Source: Mobula hypostoma
Lineage: Eukaryota
Reading direction: 5' to 3'
NCBI RefSeq assembly: GCF_963921235.1
Contig: NC_086108.1
Coordinates: 93,808,001-93,872,000, forward strand
DNA: 64,000 nucleotides
Shown: positions 34,071 to 47,080 of the stretch, one piece after another
Layout of the letters: every line of letters starts with the position of its first letter
Numbering within the stretch: the stretch's first letter is position 1
Notes under the pieces: model-generated
Seen by the model: the letters and a program-made list of their open reading frames with translations, nothing else
Database searches by the model: none
What the model was told of the DNA's origin: nothing
Made by a program: the position numbers and the translations under genes

Positions 34071-35732
34071 GTAAAACCAATTAACCGACATCCTTGGAAT
34101 GTGGGAGAATTCCAAAGCACCTGGAGAAAACCCACACAGTCATGGGGAGACCATCCAAACACCTTACAGACTGTGACAAAATTGAGCCGGGTCACTGGTG
34201 TCGTGATAGCACTATGCTACTGTCTTTCCTCTGGCAACATTACAGTCCCATACACTGCACTGTCATGAATCTATTACTGTTATAGAAACACAACTATGTC
34301 AAACTTATCACCTGTCACATGTATGATGGTGTAATTCTTAATCCAAAGGAGCAGAGATATAATAAAATTAAAGTTTTAGGTGGACAAAAATAAAGCAGTA
34401 TGTAACCGCTTCAGATGTGACACACCAGGTCACTGCTGGCTAGTGTCGTTTTCCTTAGAGAATGGCTCTTCAAGGGCACACTCACTCCTCACCTTGTCCC
34501 TTCGCTGCACCCCCTCTCACCTCTCCCTTGGGCCTCTACACCCTGGCCACTCCCCCACAGCTTTCTGCTCTCCCCCACCCTCATCCCCTCCTGCACCTCG
34601 TACCCCCCCTCGAAATTGCGATGAGTATGGATAAGGTGGTGTGATGACAGTCTTTTCCCTAGGGGAGGAGAAACTGAAACCAGAGGGCGCAAGTTTGAAG
34701 TGAGAGGGGAAAGATTTGAGGGGAACCTGGGGGACAAGTTTTTCACACAGAGGGTGGTGGTTGTATGGAACAAATCTGCCAGAGGAAGTGTAGAGGTGGC
34801 TGGAATTACAATGCTTAATTACAATTTGTACAGGTGCACAGATAGGAAAGGTTAGAGAGATATGGTCCAAATATAAGAAAATGGGACCAGCTCAAGTAAG
34901 CACCTTGGTTCGTAAGGACAAGTTGGAACAAGCGTCCTGTTTCCACACTGACTTACTCTGTTACACATGTATATAACTGCCATCTCAGGTGATGGATGGT
35001 CCTATGAGCAGCTGGTGCGTTTAACAAGTTCGGGTTATGCAACCACTGACAATCTCTGAAGAGTATAGATATTGACTGGGGTCACCCATCTTGTAAAGAC
35101 ACTGCCCAGACAAGACAATGGCAAACCACTCCTGTAGAAAAATTTTCCAAAGAATCATCATGCTCATGGAAAGATCACAATCGCCCACGTCATACGGCAC
35201 GGCACGTAATGAATGAATGACAACTCCCATCTAGTGTCAGCTTGATCCTTCCTGGCGTCCATGTCTATGCTTTGCAGTACAGAAGCTACAAGTCAGATGC
35301 CAGGGCACCTGAACGTCCCTCCAGCTCTGGATTCAGCACCGAGTCCAGCGGCTGAGCTCAGACCAATTGCTGATGAGAACCACTCAACCACGAAGCTGTG
35401 TCACGCGTCAGGGATGGAAATAGTCAATCCAAATATAACCCGAAGAGAAACAGATTCACTTTGAGTTTAAACCAGAAACCAAACAGACCAAAAGTTGACT
35501 TGACAAAGAATTTTGGAGTTTGGCGCCTTAGCAGCTGACAGCATGCCAACAGTGGCGCAGAAGTGAACTAGGATAAAGGTCACAGAGCTTAGGAGGTCCT
35601 TACATTTACAGGGGGGAGACCTGCCACGAGTGTGAGGGAATAGAAAAGTTGCTAAACAATATCACTGACAGAGTCCTCAACTTGGGCGTCAAGTTTCAGT
35701 TGATCTATTCGACATTCTGTAAAAGGTTTGTG

Positions 35733-37252
35733 GATCTCAACTCATTACAAGTCTGTAAAACCAACCTCACTCAGTATCTCCACTCGTTACAAGCCTGCAA
35801 AACCGGCCTCACTCAGTAACTCAACTCATTACAAGTCTGTAAAACCAGCCTCACTCGGTATCTCCTCATTACGAGTCTGTAAAACCGACCTCACTCAGTA
35901 TCTCCTCATTACGAGTCTGTAAAACCGGCCTCACTCAGTATCTCCTCATTACGAGTCTGTAAAACCGGCCTCACTCAGTAACTCAACTCATTACAAGTCC
36001 GTAAAACCAGCCTCACTCGGTATCTCCTCATTACGAATCTGTAAAACCAGCCTCACTCAATATCTCAACTAATTACGAGTCTGTAAAACCAGCCTCACTC
36101 AGTATCTCCTCATTACGAGTCTGTAAAACCAACCTCACTCAGTATCTCCTCATTACGAGTCTGTAAAACCGGCCTCACTCAGTAACTCCTCATTACGAGT
36201 CCGTAAAACCAGCCTCACTCGGTATCTCCTCATTACGAGTCTGTAAAACCAGCCTCACTCTGTATCTCAACTAATTACGAGTCTGTAAAACCAGCCTCAC
36301 TCAGTATCTCCTCATTACGAGTCTGTAAAACCAGCCTCACTCAGTATGAGTCTGTAAAACCAGCCTCACTCAGTATCTCAACTCATTACGAGTCTGTAAA
36401 ACCAGCCTCACTCGGTATCTCCTCATTACGAATCTGTAAAACCAGCCTCACTCAATATCTCAACTAATTACGAGTCTGTAAAACCAGCCTCACTCAGTAT
36501 CTCCTCATTACGAGTCTGTAAAACCAACCTCACTCAGTATCTCCTCATTACGAGTCTGTAAAACCGGCCTCACTCAGTAACTCGACTCATTACAAGTCCG
36601 TAAAACCAGCCTCACTCGGTATCTCCTCATTACGAGTCTGTAAAACCAGCCTCACTCTGTATCTCAACTAATTACGAGTCTGTAAAACCAGCCTCACTCA
36701 GTATCTCCTCATTACGAGTCTGTAAAACCAGCCTCACTCAGTATGAGTCTGTAAAACCAGCCTCACTCAGTATCTCAACTCATTACGAGTCTGTAAAACC
36801 AGCCTCACTCAGTTTCTCAACTCATTATGAGTCTGTAAAACCAGCCTCACTCAGTATCTCAACTAATTACGAGTCTGTAAAACGAGCCTCACTCAGTATC
36901 TCCTCATTACGAGTCTGTAAAACCAGCCTCACTCAGTATCTCCTCATTACAAGTCTGTAAAACCAGCCTCACTCAGTATCTCAACTCATTACGAGTCTGT
37001 AAAACCAACCTCACTCAGTATCTCCTCATTACGAGTCTGTAAAACCAGCCTCACTCAGTATCTCCTCATTACGAGTCTGTAAAATCAGCCTCACTCAGTA
37101 TCTCCTCATTACGAGTCTGTAAAACCAGCCTCACTCAGTATCTCCTCATTACGAGTCTGTAAAACCAGCCTCACTCAGTATCTCCTCATTACGAGTCTGT
37201 AAAACCAGCCTCACTCAGTATCTCAACTCATTACAAGCCTGTAAAACTAGCC
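35733..37252. repeat. 40/42-bp minisatellite, ~37 units, with higher-order duplication
   Basis: Unit gagtctgtaaaaccagcctcactcagtatctc(aa)ctcattac. Diagnostic variants recur ~395-397 bp apart. Confidence 0.97.
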
Positions 37253-38157
37253 TTTTCTGGATTAGACTTCACATTCTATATCTCAGAATTGTCTTCTCGA
37301 AATAAGGATAAAAATTCATTTTTTTCAAAACGACCTGATGTGAGGAGTGATTTAGAGTTGTGAGAATTGTGTTATGTTGCAATTTCTTAAGTGCTTTTTG
37401 ACAGACATTAAGAGAAGTGTTAAAGCAAGCTGCTTGTGGCGATTGCTACCTCCATTTAATTGTTTGATTTATTAATTGACTTAAAACAATTTATTAATTG
37501 TTTTCAATGGACCTGTGCTATCGTGGTTCTAAAACCCTGCCGTTCTATTGCAATGGAGTGATGTGGATCAGCAACGGAGTGACATTCCGGGAGGAAACTG
37601 CAGCCAATTTCCAAGATAGTCAAAGTCAAGGCCGAGTAACTGTCATTGTCATCGGCACAAGTACATGTATGTGCACACACAATGTAAAACTTGCTTGCAG
37701 CAGTATCACAGACACGTAGCGTCAGATACACAGGAGAAACATAAATTACGCACAGTTTTTGCAAGAAGATAAACACAACTAAAATGAACGAAAAGACAAA
37801 GTCCATTGTAGTGCAGAGTGGTCAAAGTCATCATACTGTTGTTATACTGTGTTAGTGATTAGGATTGTGCAGGCTAGTTCAGGAGCCAGATGGATGAAGG
37901 GAAATAGTCGTTCGTAAACCTAGTGTTGTGGCACTTTAGGCATTTACACCCCCTACTCGATGGTAGCTGCAAGATGGCCCGGAGAGGTGAGGTCTTTGAT
38001 GATGGATGTTTCCTTCTTGAGGCAATGTCTTATGTAGATACTACTGACGATGGGGAGGGACGTGTCGTGGTGTATTGGGTGAATCCACTACTGTATGCAA
38101 CTTCATATTGCCAAACCAGCCCACGATGTAGCCAGTCAGAAGACACCCAACAGTGAC

Positions 38158-38680
38158 TCACACAAAATGCTGGAGGAACTCAGCAGGTCAGGCAGCATCT
38201 ACGGAAATGAACCAGCAGTCGATGTTTCGAGCCGAGACCCTCATCGTGAATGAAAAAGGAGGGGGAAGATGCCAGAATAAAAAGGTGGGGGGGGGGGAGG
38301 AGAATAGCTAGAAGGTGAAAGGTGAAGCCAGGTGGGTTGGAAGGATAAAGGGCTGGAGAAGAAGGAATCTGATAGGAGAGGAGAGTGGAAGATGGGAGAA
38401 AGGGAAGGAGGAGGTGATAGGCAGAGGAGAAGAGGTAAGAGGGCAGAATGGGGAATAGAAGAGAGAGGAGGGGAGCGAAAATTTATTTTACTTGAAGAAG
38501 AAATTGATATTCAGGCCGTCAGATTCCATGCTACCCATACAGAAAATGAGGTTTTGCTCCTCCACGCAGAGGGTGGACTAACGTGTCAGAACGGGAATGG
38601 AATTGGAATTAAAATGTTTGGCCATGGGGAAGTTCTGCTTTAAACAGATGGTAGTGAGGTGCTCGTCCAGGCCGTCATTC
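38158..38680 (-). mobile_element. Degenerate PLE 3' fragment
   Basis: cacacaaaatgctggaggaactcagcagg terminus, decayed hammerhead, purine-rich UTR and GIY-YIG C-terminal remnants. Confidence 0.8.
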
Positions 38681-39243
38681 AACAGAACATCTGTAGAAGT
38701 TGGTCAGAATATTTAGTGGCATGCTGAAAATCTTCAAAGAAGGTAAAGATGCAGGCTCACCTTCCCTGAGATTGCATCAACATGCTGTGCTCAGGACAGG
38801 GCATCTGACGTGTTAACACGCAGGAATTTAAAGCTGCTGGCCCTCGCCATGCCAATCCACCGATGCCCGCCCCCCTCGTCAAAATACATACCTGTTTCCC
38901 TCACGTGCCCAGCAACGCCAGTGAGTTCCAATGCCTTGTTGTTTCATTTTAAAATGTACCAGTGCTTCGACTTTTAAGGTGAGTGGAGGCAGGTGAAGGG
39001 GAGATGTCAGAGGTAGGTTCTATTGCACAGGGTGGTAAGTATCTGGAGTTAGGTAGAGGCCGATACATCAGGGACATTTAACAAATTGGCACATGGATTG
39101 AAGATGAAGGGAGGGTCATGGTCTGTGTAGGAGAGAGGAGTTAGACTGATCATGGAGTAAATCAAAAGGACGACACAAGATCATGGGCTGAAGGACACAC
39201 ACAGTTCGATGTTCCGTGTAATAGAGCAGCGATTATTTACTCA

Positions 39244-39460
39244 AGCAACACACACAAAATGCTGATGGAACTCAGCAGGCCAGGCAGCATCTACAGGAAG
39301 AAGTACAGTTGATGTTTCGGGTCGAGACCCTTCATCAGGATTCCTCAAACCGAAACGTCGACTGTACCTCTTCCTAGAGATGCTGCCTGGCCTGCTGCGT
39401 TCCACCAGCATTTTGTGTGTGTTGCTTGGATTTCCAGCATCTGCAGATTTTCTCGGGTCT
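39244..39460. mobile_element. PLE terminal fold-back insertion
   Basis: Inverted pLTR ends; TSD gattattta[c/t]tca (39231-39243, 39461-39473). Confidence 0.85.
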
Positions 39461-39727
39461 GATTATTTATTCACTTCGTTTCTATCCATTAGCAGGCTCC
39501 CGACCTGAGTAGCTTAATTGGCAATTTCACAGTCACATAGACTAAACCAGGTAACGGTGGCAGAATTCCTTTCCTGAATGACGTCCGTGAAATAGATTTG
39601 TTTTTATGGCATTCCAGTAATTTCACTTTCGTCACTATGAACACAAGAGTTTGCTTTACATTTGTAATTTTTTTTACAATGGTTAAGTACAGGTGGCTAA
39701 AATTGTTTGTCTCACTAAGTTACCAAA

Positions 39728-40262
39728 CATATAGAACCATAGAGCCATAGAACCATAGAACACTACAGCACAGAAAACAGGCCATTTGGCCCTTCTAGTC
39801 TGTGCCGAAACTTTATTCCGCTAGTCCCACTGACCTGCACCCAGTCAATAACCCTCCAGACCTCTCCCATCCATGTACCTATCCAATTTATTCTTAAAAC
39901 TTTTAAGAGTGAGCCAGCATTTACCACATCAGATGGCAGCTTGTTTCACACTCCCACCACTGTCTGAGTGAAGAAGTTCCGCCTAAACCTTTCCCCTTTC
40001 ACCCTAAAGCCATGTCCTCTCGTACTTATCTCTCCTATTCTAAGTGGAAAGAGCTTATTCACATTTACTCTGTCTATACCCCTCATAATTTTGTAAACCT
40101 CTATCAAATCCCCCCTCATTCTTCTACGCTCCAAGGAATAAAGTCCTAACCTGTTCGATCTTTCCCTGTGACTCAACTCCTGAAGTCCCGGCAACATCCT
40201 AGTAAATCTTCTCTGCACTCTTTCAATCTTACTGATATCCTTCCTATAGTTAGGTAACCTAT
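39728..40262 (-). mobile_element. CR1 3' fragment
   Basis: Encodes PNYRKDISKIERVQRRFTRMLPGL...; (catagaac)n tail. Confidence 0.9.
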
Positions 40263-40614
40263 ATCTGTCAACAAAGTCGACGCAGTGCATTCCACGATCT
40301 TTCAGTCTTTGCTTAAGTTTTTAGTAATGTTTCACATGACTTTTGTTCTAAATTTTTACGTTTCTTATATCTTTTGGAAGCTAGGTCATTCTCCCAGGTT
40401 CCATGGAGATTTAAGTTGCAAACTGCATCAGCATCTGATTTGCAAGTACAACCTCCATCTCAGGAATACAGTTCTATTAATTCTGTGCAGTATATCAGAG
40501 TTATCATTGTGGTTTTAGATGATTTTGGCAATTTGTACTAAATAATGGGCAGTTATATTTCCTGTGCTCGCTCTGAGAACTGAACTGGAGGTGTAGTCTG
40601 CGGAAAGATCTCAT

Positions 40615-41245
40615 TTATAGAGTCATAGACAACTGCAGCACAGAAATAGGCTTTACGCCCCATTGAGTCCGTTCTGAACCACTTAAACTGCCTATTCCCT
40701 TCGACCTGCACTGGTACCATAGCCCTCCCCACCCCTCCCATCTATGTCCCTATCCAAACTTCTGTTAAACGTTGAAATCCAGCTTGCATCCACCACTTGT
40801 GCTGGCAGCTCGTTCCACATTCTCACGGCCCTCTGAGTGAAGGAGGTTCACCTCTTGTTCCCATTAACCTTCTCACCTTTCACCCTTAAACCATGACCTC
40901 TTGTTGTAGTCCCACACAACCTCAGTGGAAAAAGCCTGCTTGCATTTACCCTATCTATACCACTCATAACTTTGTATACCTCTATCAAATCTCCTCTCAG
41001 TCTTCTCCGTTCCAAGGAATAAAGTCCTAACCTATTCAATCTTTCCTTACAACTCAGGTCCTCCAGACCCGGCAACATCCTTGTAAATTTTCTCTGTACT
41101 CTTTCAACCTTGTTTACATCTGTGCTGGAGGTAGGTGACCAAAACTGCACACCATACTCCTAATTAGGCCTCAACAACATCTTAAACAGTTTCAACATAG
41201 CATCCCATCTCCTGTACTCAATACATTGATTTATGAAGGCCTATT
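40615..41245 (-). mobile_element. CR1 3' fragment
   Basis: Encodes QFWSP...ERVQRKFTRMLPGLEDLS. Confidence 0.9.
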
Positions 41246-41710
41246 TCTGACCTGGCTCCCATTTTGTTTATACTCTCGTTTGGCTCTGAAGTACTGACAC
41301 AGCAAACTTAAGTCAAGGTCATTAATAATTCATCACTTTCCTTGTGTACATGGAGTTTGCGACTATATCCCAACGGACCTCACATCGACCAGCACTGCTG
41401 ATAGTCTTGATCATCTTCAGACATGCCTGCACCATTAGCTTGCAATAATGTAGTGCCTCGAACGTAGTAACATGACCCAAGGCATTTTAGAGACCTGTTG
41501 TCAAACATTCCTTAAACCATTAGTTCAAATAGAACATATGCATGTAACCAATACCAAGGTTTGACGTGCAACAATATTCCAGCTTCTGAGCTACTTAACT
41601 GATTTAATTTTAACTGCAGTGAATGGTGCAGGGATTATGAGAGCCTGTATTAGAAACTTAATCAATCCAAACACAAGGAGAGATACATAAGCACTAGGAT
41701 GCTTTCAAAA

Positions 41711-41955
41711 GCGGCACGGTAGCGTAGTGGTTAGCATAACATTTTCCAGTACCAGCAACCCAGTTTCAATTCCCGCTGCTGTCTGTAAGGAGTTTCACGT
41801 TCTCCCCGTGACTGTGGGGGTTTTTCCCGGGTGTTCCGGTTTCCTCCCACAGTCCAAAAACGTACTGGGTAGGTTAACTGGTCACTGTAAATTGTCCCGT
41901 GATTAGGCTCGGATTGAATCAGGGGGTTGCTGGGCGGCGGACCCTATTCCGTGCT
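41711..41955 (+). mobile_element. tRNA-derived SINE, followed by a Rex/Babar 3' end (41960-42270)
   Basis: gcggcacggtagcgtagtggttagc (A box), gtttcaattcccg (B box) and the ccggtttcctcccacagtccaaa core. Confidence 0.78.
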
Positions 41956-43707
41956 GGACAGCCAGATTTGGGAACAGCTTCTTTCCAACTGTGATAAGAC
42001 TGCTGAACAGATCCTGACCCGGATCTGGGCTGTACCCTCCAAATATCCGGACCTGCCTCTCGGTTTTTTTGCACTACCTTACTTTCCAGTTTTCTATTTT
42101 CTATTTATGATTTATAATTTAAATTTTTAATATTTACTAATTTGTACTATTTTTCATATTTTTAATATTTAATATTTGTAATCCAGGGAGCAGGAAGCGC
42201 AGAATCAAATATCACTGTGATGATTGTACGTTCTAGTATCAACTGTTTGGCGACAATAAAGTATAAAGTTTGAAGTATCTCAATAAAGTAAAATAAAATA
42301 AGCATATTGATGTGATTAGAGTTGGTGTTAACATTTCCATAATGTCACTATTGTAATGCGATGATCTGTATGAATGGCATGCAAAACCAAGATTTCTACT
42401 GTACGTCAGTCCATTTGACTATTATAAACCAATTTGATTCCTAGAAAATTTTCTCAGACAAGTGTTAACTTAACATTTCTCCTTCAATTGCCTACTTTCC
42501 TTCTGAGCATCTCCAGTATTTTCCAGCATGTGCCCTGGTGAAGGGTCTTGGCCCGAAACGTCAGCTGTTTACTCCTTTCCATAAATCCTGGTTGACACAA
42601 AGTTTTCTGTCTCGATACAATGACAATAACAAACTAGTTTACCAATGTTGTTCCGAATCTGCCCCCTGTATCTGCACCACTGCCGTTAATAACAGCTCTC
42701 TCTATCTCTGGAAGCATTCCCCGCCCACCTCTCCATCCTACATTCACCTTGTTCTGCCAACTCCTGGTTCTTTTTTTTTTAAAGATTTGCTTTATTTGTC
42801 ACATGTATATCAAAATATCGAAATAGAAAGTGAAACACATCGTTTTGCATCAACAACCAACACAGTCCGAGGAGGTGCTGGGGGCAGCCCACAAGTATAA
42901 TCACACTTGTGGTACCAACGTAACATACGCGCAACTCACCAACCCTAACCCGTACCTCTTTGGAATGTGGGAGGTAACCGGAGAACCCAGAGGAACCCCA
43001 CATGGTCATAGGAAGAACGTACAAACTCCTTACAGACAGCCGCAGGAACTGGACCTGGATCACTGGCACTGTCATAGCGTTACGCTAACCACAGTACCAC
43101 CATGTGCCACGTTCTCTTCTGACTGTACACTCTCAATACAAGCAGGGATCTACTGTCAAAGCCCATCAGAGAGAGGTCATTGTCAGAATCAGCAGACATT
43201 TCCGATTCTGGTACTCAAATGTGCGGCCGCGTCCAGCTGCAGACGGGCGCCAACGGCAGCGACCTTGCCTCAGCGATTTACTCATCGTCGAGATGCTGCT
43301 TCACCCTTGCTGGACACCGAACGCCTCGTCAGCAGGAAACTGCCTCCACGTGGAGCTGCTCTAAAGCCACTTCAGCTGGCTGCCAGTTGGTGAGCCAGAG
43401 TCATGGGAAACGGAGGGATCCCCTTCAATGTGTGTGTTCCAAAGAGTGAGATCAGCCATCACTGATCTCGCAGTCCCCACACATTTCATTTCTGTGCGGA
43501 GTATAAATAGCGGGATGGACCAAAGGGGTATTCCTGTGACCTCTGTCAGTTATTAATAAAATATTCTTGACATCAAGCCACTTAAGATGCAAGCCCTGCT
43601 TCTTTGGGCGCTAGCTCAATGGGCTGACAGTCCAAGGATACTAATGACGAACCATCACCACATTAATAAATTAGCACCTGCACTTGGACAGAAAGAGCAT
43701 TAACTGT

Positions 43708-44172
43708 TGTTGGATCTCTGTTTCGTTTCTGAGGCTTAGGGTTCTTCCGGGTGTCAAAAATGACGAGCAGTCTTAATTACAAGATTTCAATTTTATTTTA
43801 GAGCACAGACAGACAAGCAAACACCAAGCAAACTAAATAAAGAGCTGAGAAACGATGCCAAGAAGGGAATTAACGCTAAGAGGCATCAGACAAAGGAACA
43901 AAGATGGCGCTGCTGAAAAATCTATCACTTATATAGATAACATAAAGAAATTCCTTAAATAGAGATAAATTAGCTAGTAGGCTACATAACTAAAACAATT
44001 ACATCACATGGGTAACATGCTAATACTTAGCCAATGAAAAATGAGAGAGGTGATAAACCATGAGTTTAGCTGCTATACTGCTTTCTACCCATGAGTGTGA
44101 AAAATACATGAATTTGTTAAAAAGTACAAATCTTCTTTAAACATTGTACTGTAAGTATCCAGAGATTTTACA
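43708..44172 (-). mobile_element. Solo LTR (465 bp), probably ERV/Gypsy type
   Basis: Termini TGTtggatctctg / cagagattttACA are mutually inverted. Near-TSD ctgt/ctgg. CCAAT, TATA-like and AATAAA motifs are ordered for the minus strand. Confidence 0.68.
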
Positions 44173-45783
44173 CTGGATTGCGGCTGGCTGTTTCTGACAC
44201 CCCTCTCTGCATTGGTCAATCTACTTCTGGAAGAGTGGGACATGAGGCATCATCATTCCCTCACTCCTACGAAAACATACTCATTCAAAGCTCAAAGTGC
44301 CTTCTACTTTAGTGTAACTTTCTCTCTGTGGTTTATCACTCTTCTCCCATCAGTCAGCTCAAATTTTATTTTCTTAACAAATAGAAAGGGGGGGGGGGGG
44401 CAGAAAAGATCCATGAGGCCATTACTGGAACTGGAGGATTTGAGTTGTAATGAGAGGTTGGATACACTGGAATTTTCATCTCAATCTCAGGATGCTGATG
44501 TAGTATATAAAATCAGGATGGATGTAGATAAAGTGGATGATCACGGTCTTTATTCCCCAGGGTAGGGGAGTCTAAAACTGGAAGATATAGATTTAAGGTG
44601 AGAGGGGAAAGATTTAAAAGGGACCAGAAGCAAATTTTTTTCCCATGGAGAATGGTGTGTATATGGAACCTAGCTGCAAAGGAAGTTGTGGAGGTAGGTA
44701 TAATTACAATGTTTAAAAGATATTCAGACAGTAAGTGGATAGGAAATGTTTGGAGAGATATGGGCCAAATATAGGCCCCACCTTCCCTTGCAATGTGTAA
44801 GCAAGTCGGACCAATAAGTGGATGAAAGTCCCCGTTTAAGGACTCAAAGAATCTGGCATTTTATACAGTGTCTTCCATGGCCGTAGGGTGTCGCAAAACA
44901 GCCGGAGATTCACTACTGGAGATGGTCACTCTTAGTAATGCAGAACTTTAAGCTCTGATTCAGGGCCCTGCCCAAAGTAGCAATATTTTACAGCCGCAGT
45001 CATTTTCAAATTAGAAATGAGGAAGTAAAAACCACCTGGGATTTAGTAACACAGGAGTAGCTGACATCAATGTAAGTGAAAATCGGGTGTTGTGTAGGTC
45101 ACAGAGGCATGAATGATACAGTAGGATGTGTCCTGAAACACTGTCCTAGAACATTGGGCATACAACAGTATAGCACAGTGCAGGCCCTTTGACGCACAAT
45201 TGTGTGCTGACCCTTTAACCTACTCATTTTTAACCATTCAACCATTTTCATTCATCCGTGTACCTAAGAGTCTCTAAAATGTCCCCAATGTACCTGGCTG
45301 TACCACCAAACCCCAACAGTGCATTCCACCCACCTACCAACCACTCCCTGTGTACAATACCCATCTCTGACATCCCCCCTTTACTTTAAGAGTTGTGCTC
45401 CCTCGTACTAATCATTTCCTCCCTGGGAATAAGTCTCTGGCTAACCACTCTATCTATTCTGCTTATCATCTTGTATATCTCTATCCAATCACCGCCCATC
45501 CTCCTTCTCTCTAAGGAGAGATGTCCTAGGTTGCTCAAACTATCTTCATAAGACATGGTCTCTCATCCAGGCAGCAACCTGGTAAATCTCCTCCGCACTC
45601 TCTCTAAAGCTTCCACATCGTTCCTATAATGAGACATGCAAAACTGAACACAATACTTTATGTGTGGTCCCTCTCTGTCTGGTGGCCTTCTCTGAAAATG
45701 TGAGAGTATAATTGATTTAATGTGGGATGGTGTAATTGTGAGGGTGCGTGGGTGAAAGGGTGTGTCAATGATGTGTCCGTATG

Positions 45784-46315
45784 CAGACATCCCACCCTGC
45801 AAAAACTCATTTCAGGGAGGTAGTACCATCAATTTGCGGGAGACTTCCGGGAGAGGCGGGATGTCTGCAATAGAGTAGCTCCTTAGCAGCTAGCCAGCTA
45901 GTTTAAATAACGTTAGCTATGCTAATGAATGAATGACACCTGTTAAACTCACCTCGACACGTCTTTTACAGTCTTAACCCACCATGGGCAATAGAAAAGT
46001 CACTGTTGCAAACAGTGCAGTGAGCAACACTATCATTATTTTTGACCTCTATTAGGCAGGGGTACACTTTAGTGTAGTGTGGGGTGACGTACGTTTTATA
46101 TTTTCTTTTTTTGGAACACTCTGCCACTGTCTTTTTTTGGAACTCTCTTGCTCTTGCTCTCGCTTGCTCTCTCTCACACACGCGTTCTCTCGCTCGTGGT
46201 CGCTCTAATTCGCATTCGCTCTCTCGCACTCGCTCTCTCACGCTTGCTTTCTCGTTCTCGCTCTTGCTCTTGCGCTCTCTCTCTCGTGGTCGCTCTCACT
46301 CGCTCTCTCATGCTT

Positions 46316-46372
<57 letters not shown>

Positions 46373-46560
46373 TGCTCTCGTGCTCTCTCTCTCGTGATCG
46401 CGCTCTCTCGTGCTTGCTTTCTTGCTCTTGGGCTCGCTCTCTCTCTCTCTCGCTCTCAAAAATTTGATTTCCGTGATATTGTATATAATTTGCAGGCATC
46501 AGGGAGCCACTATTAACATGCAGGAGACTCCCAGAACTTCCGGGAGAGGTGGGATGTCTG
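45784..46560 (-). mobile_element. hAT-type non-autonomous DNA transposon with BED-finger remnant and CT-rich microsatellite
   Basis: TIRs cagacatcccacc/ggtgggatgtctg; flanks ccgtatg/ctgtatg. Encodes AHCTVCNSDFSIAHGG. CT-rich tract at 46140-46457. Confidence 0.78.
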
Positions 46561-47080
46561 CTGTATGTTTGACTGACAGTGAACAGTAGGAAGTTTATCC
46601 CAGGCAGAAGTTGCCTCAAGATGGATGCAATGCTGATGAGATAATCGTCCACTTCTGTGTTTGCTGTGCATGTCCCAAGATGGTCTGGAAAACAATGCGA
46701 CGATCCTCATCTGGTTATGTCCTCAGCAGCAGAAACTTTGACCTATGGGCTGCTCCCAAGAATGCATGCAAGACAAGCACTAATTGCTGTAGGAAAACCA
46801 TCAACTTCTGCCTCAAAGCTGTTGATCTGCCAGTTTAACAAGGAATCCGCAAGCGGGTATTACTGACTGGCACATTCCAGGAGTACATTGCAAGGGATGC
46901 AGTACCACGAAGGCTTTGTGGGGAAAGACCACAGACTAAAGTCCTGCTATTAAAGCCTCTCAAACATTGTGTGGACATACTGTTTAATGCAAAAACTTAA
47001 GTGGCTGTGCACATTGTAAAAATATGTATTGGTTTGACACCACAATGAATATAAAGAAAGATGAGTGTTGATGGTATTTA
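46561..47080 (+). mobile_element. Degenerate L1/Tx1-clade LINE 3' fragment
   Basis: Frameshifted remnants CPQDGCNADEIIVH (CCHC knuckle), TYGLLP, LAHSR..Y..RDA and LWGKTT. Confidence 0.55.

Noticed and set aside
35369..35400. ctgatgag...cgaag as another hammerhead
   Set aside because: Lacks GAAA and has no convincing stem II or stem I pairing.
35278..35464. Possible plus-strand exon after ctttgcag (YRSYKSDARAPERPSSSGFSTESSG*)
   Set aside because: No recognisable homology, no partner exons, and two frames are equally open.
35733..37252. CRISPR-like regular array
   Set aside because: Units are contiguous with no unique spacers, there are no cas genes, and the context is eukaryotic; it is a minisatellite.
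46084..46652. Ser/Leu and Arg/Glu-rich ORFs
   Set aside because: Translation of the CT-rich microsatellite.
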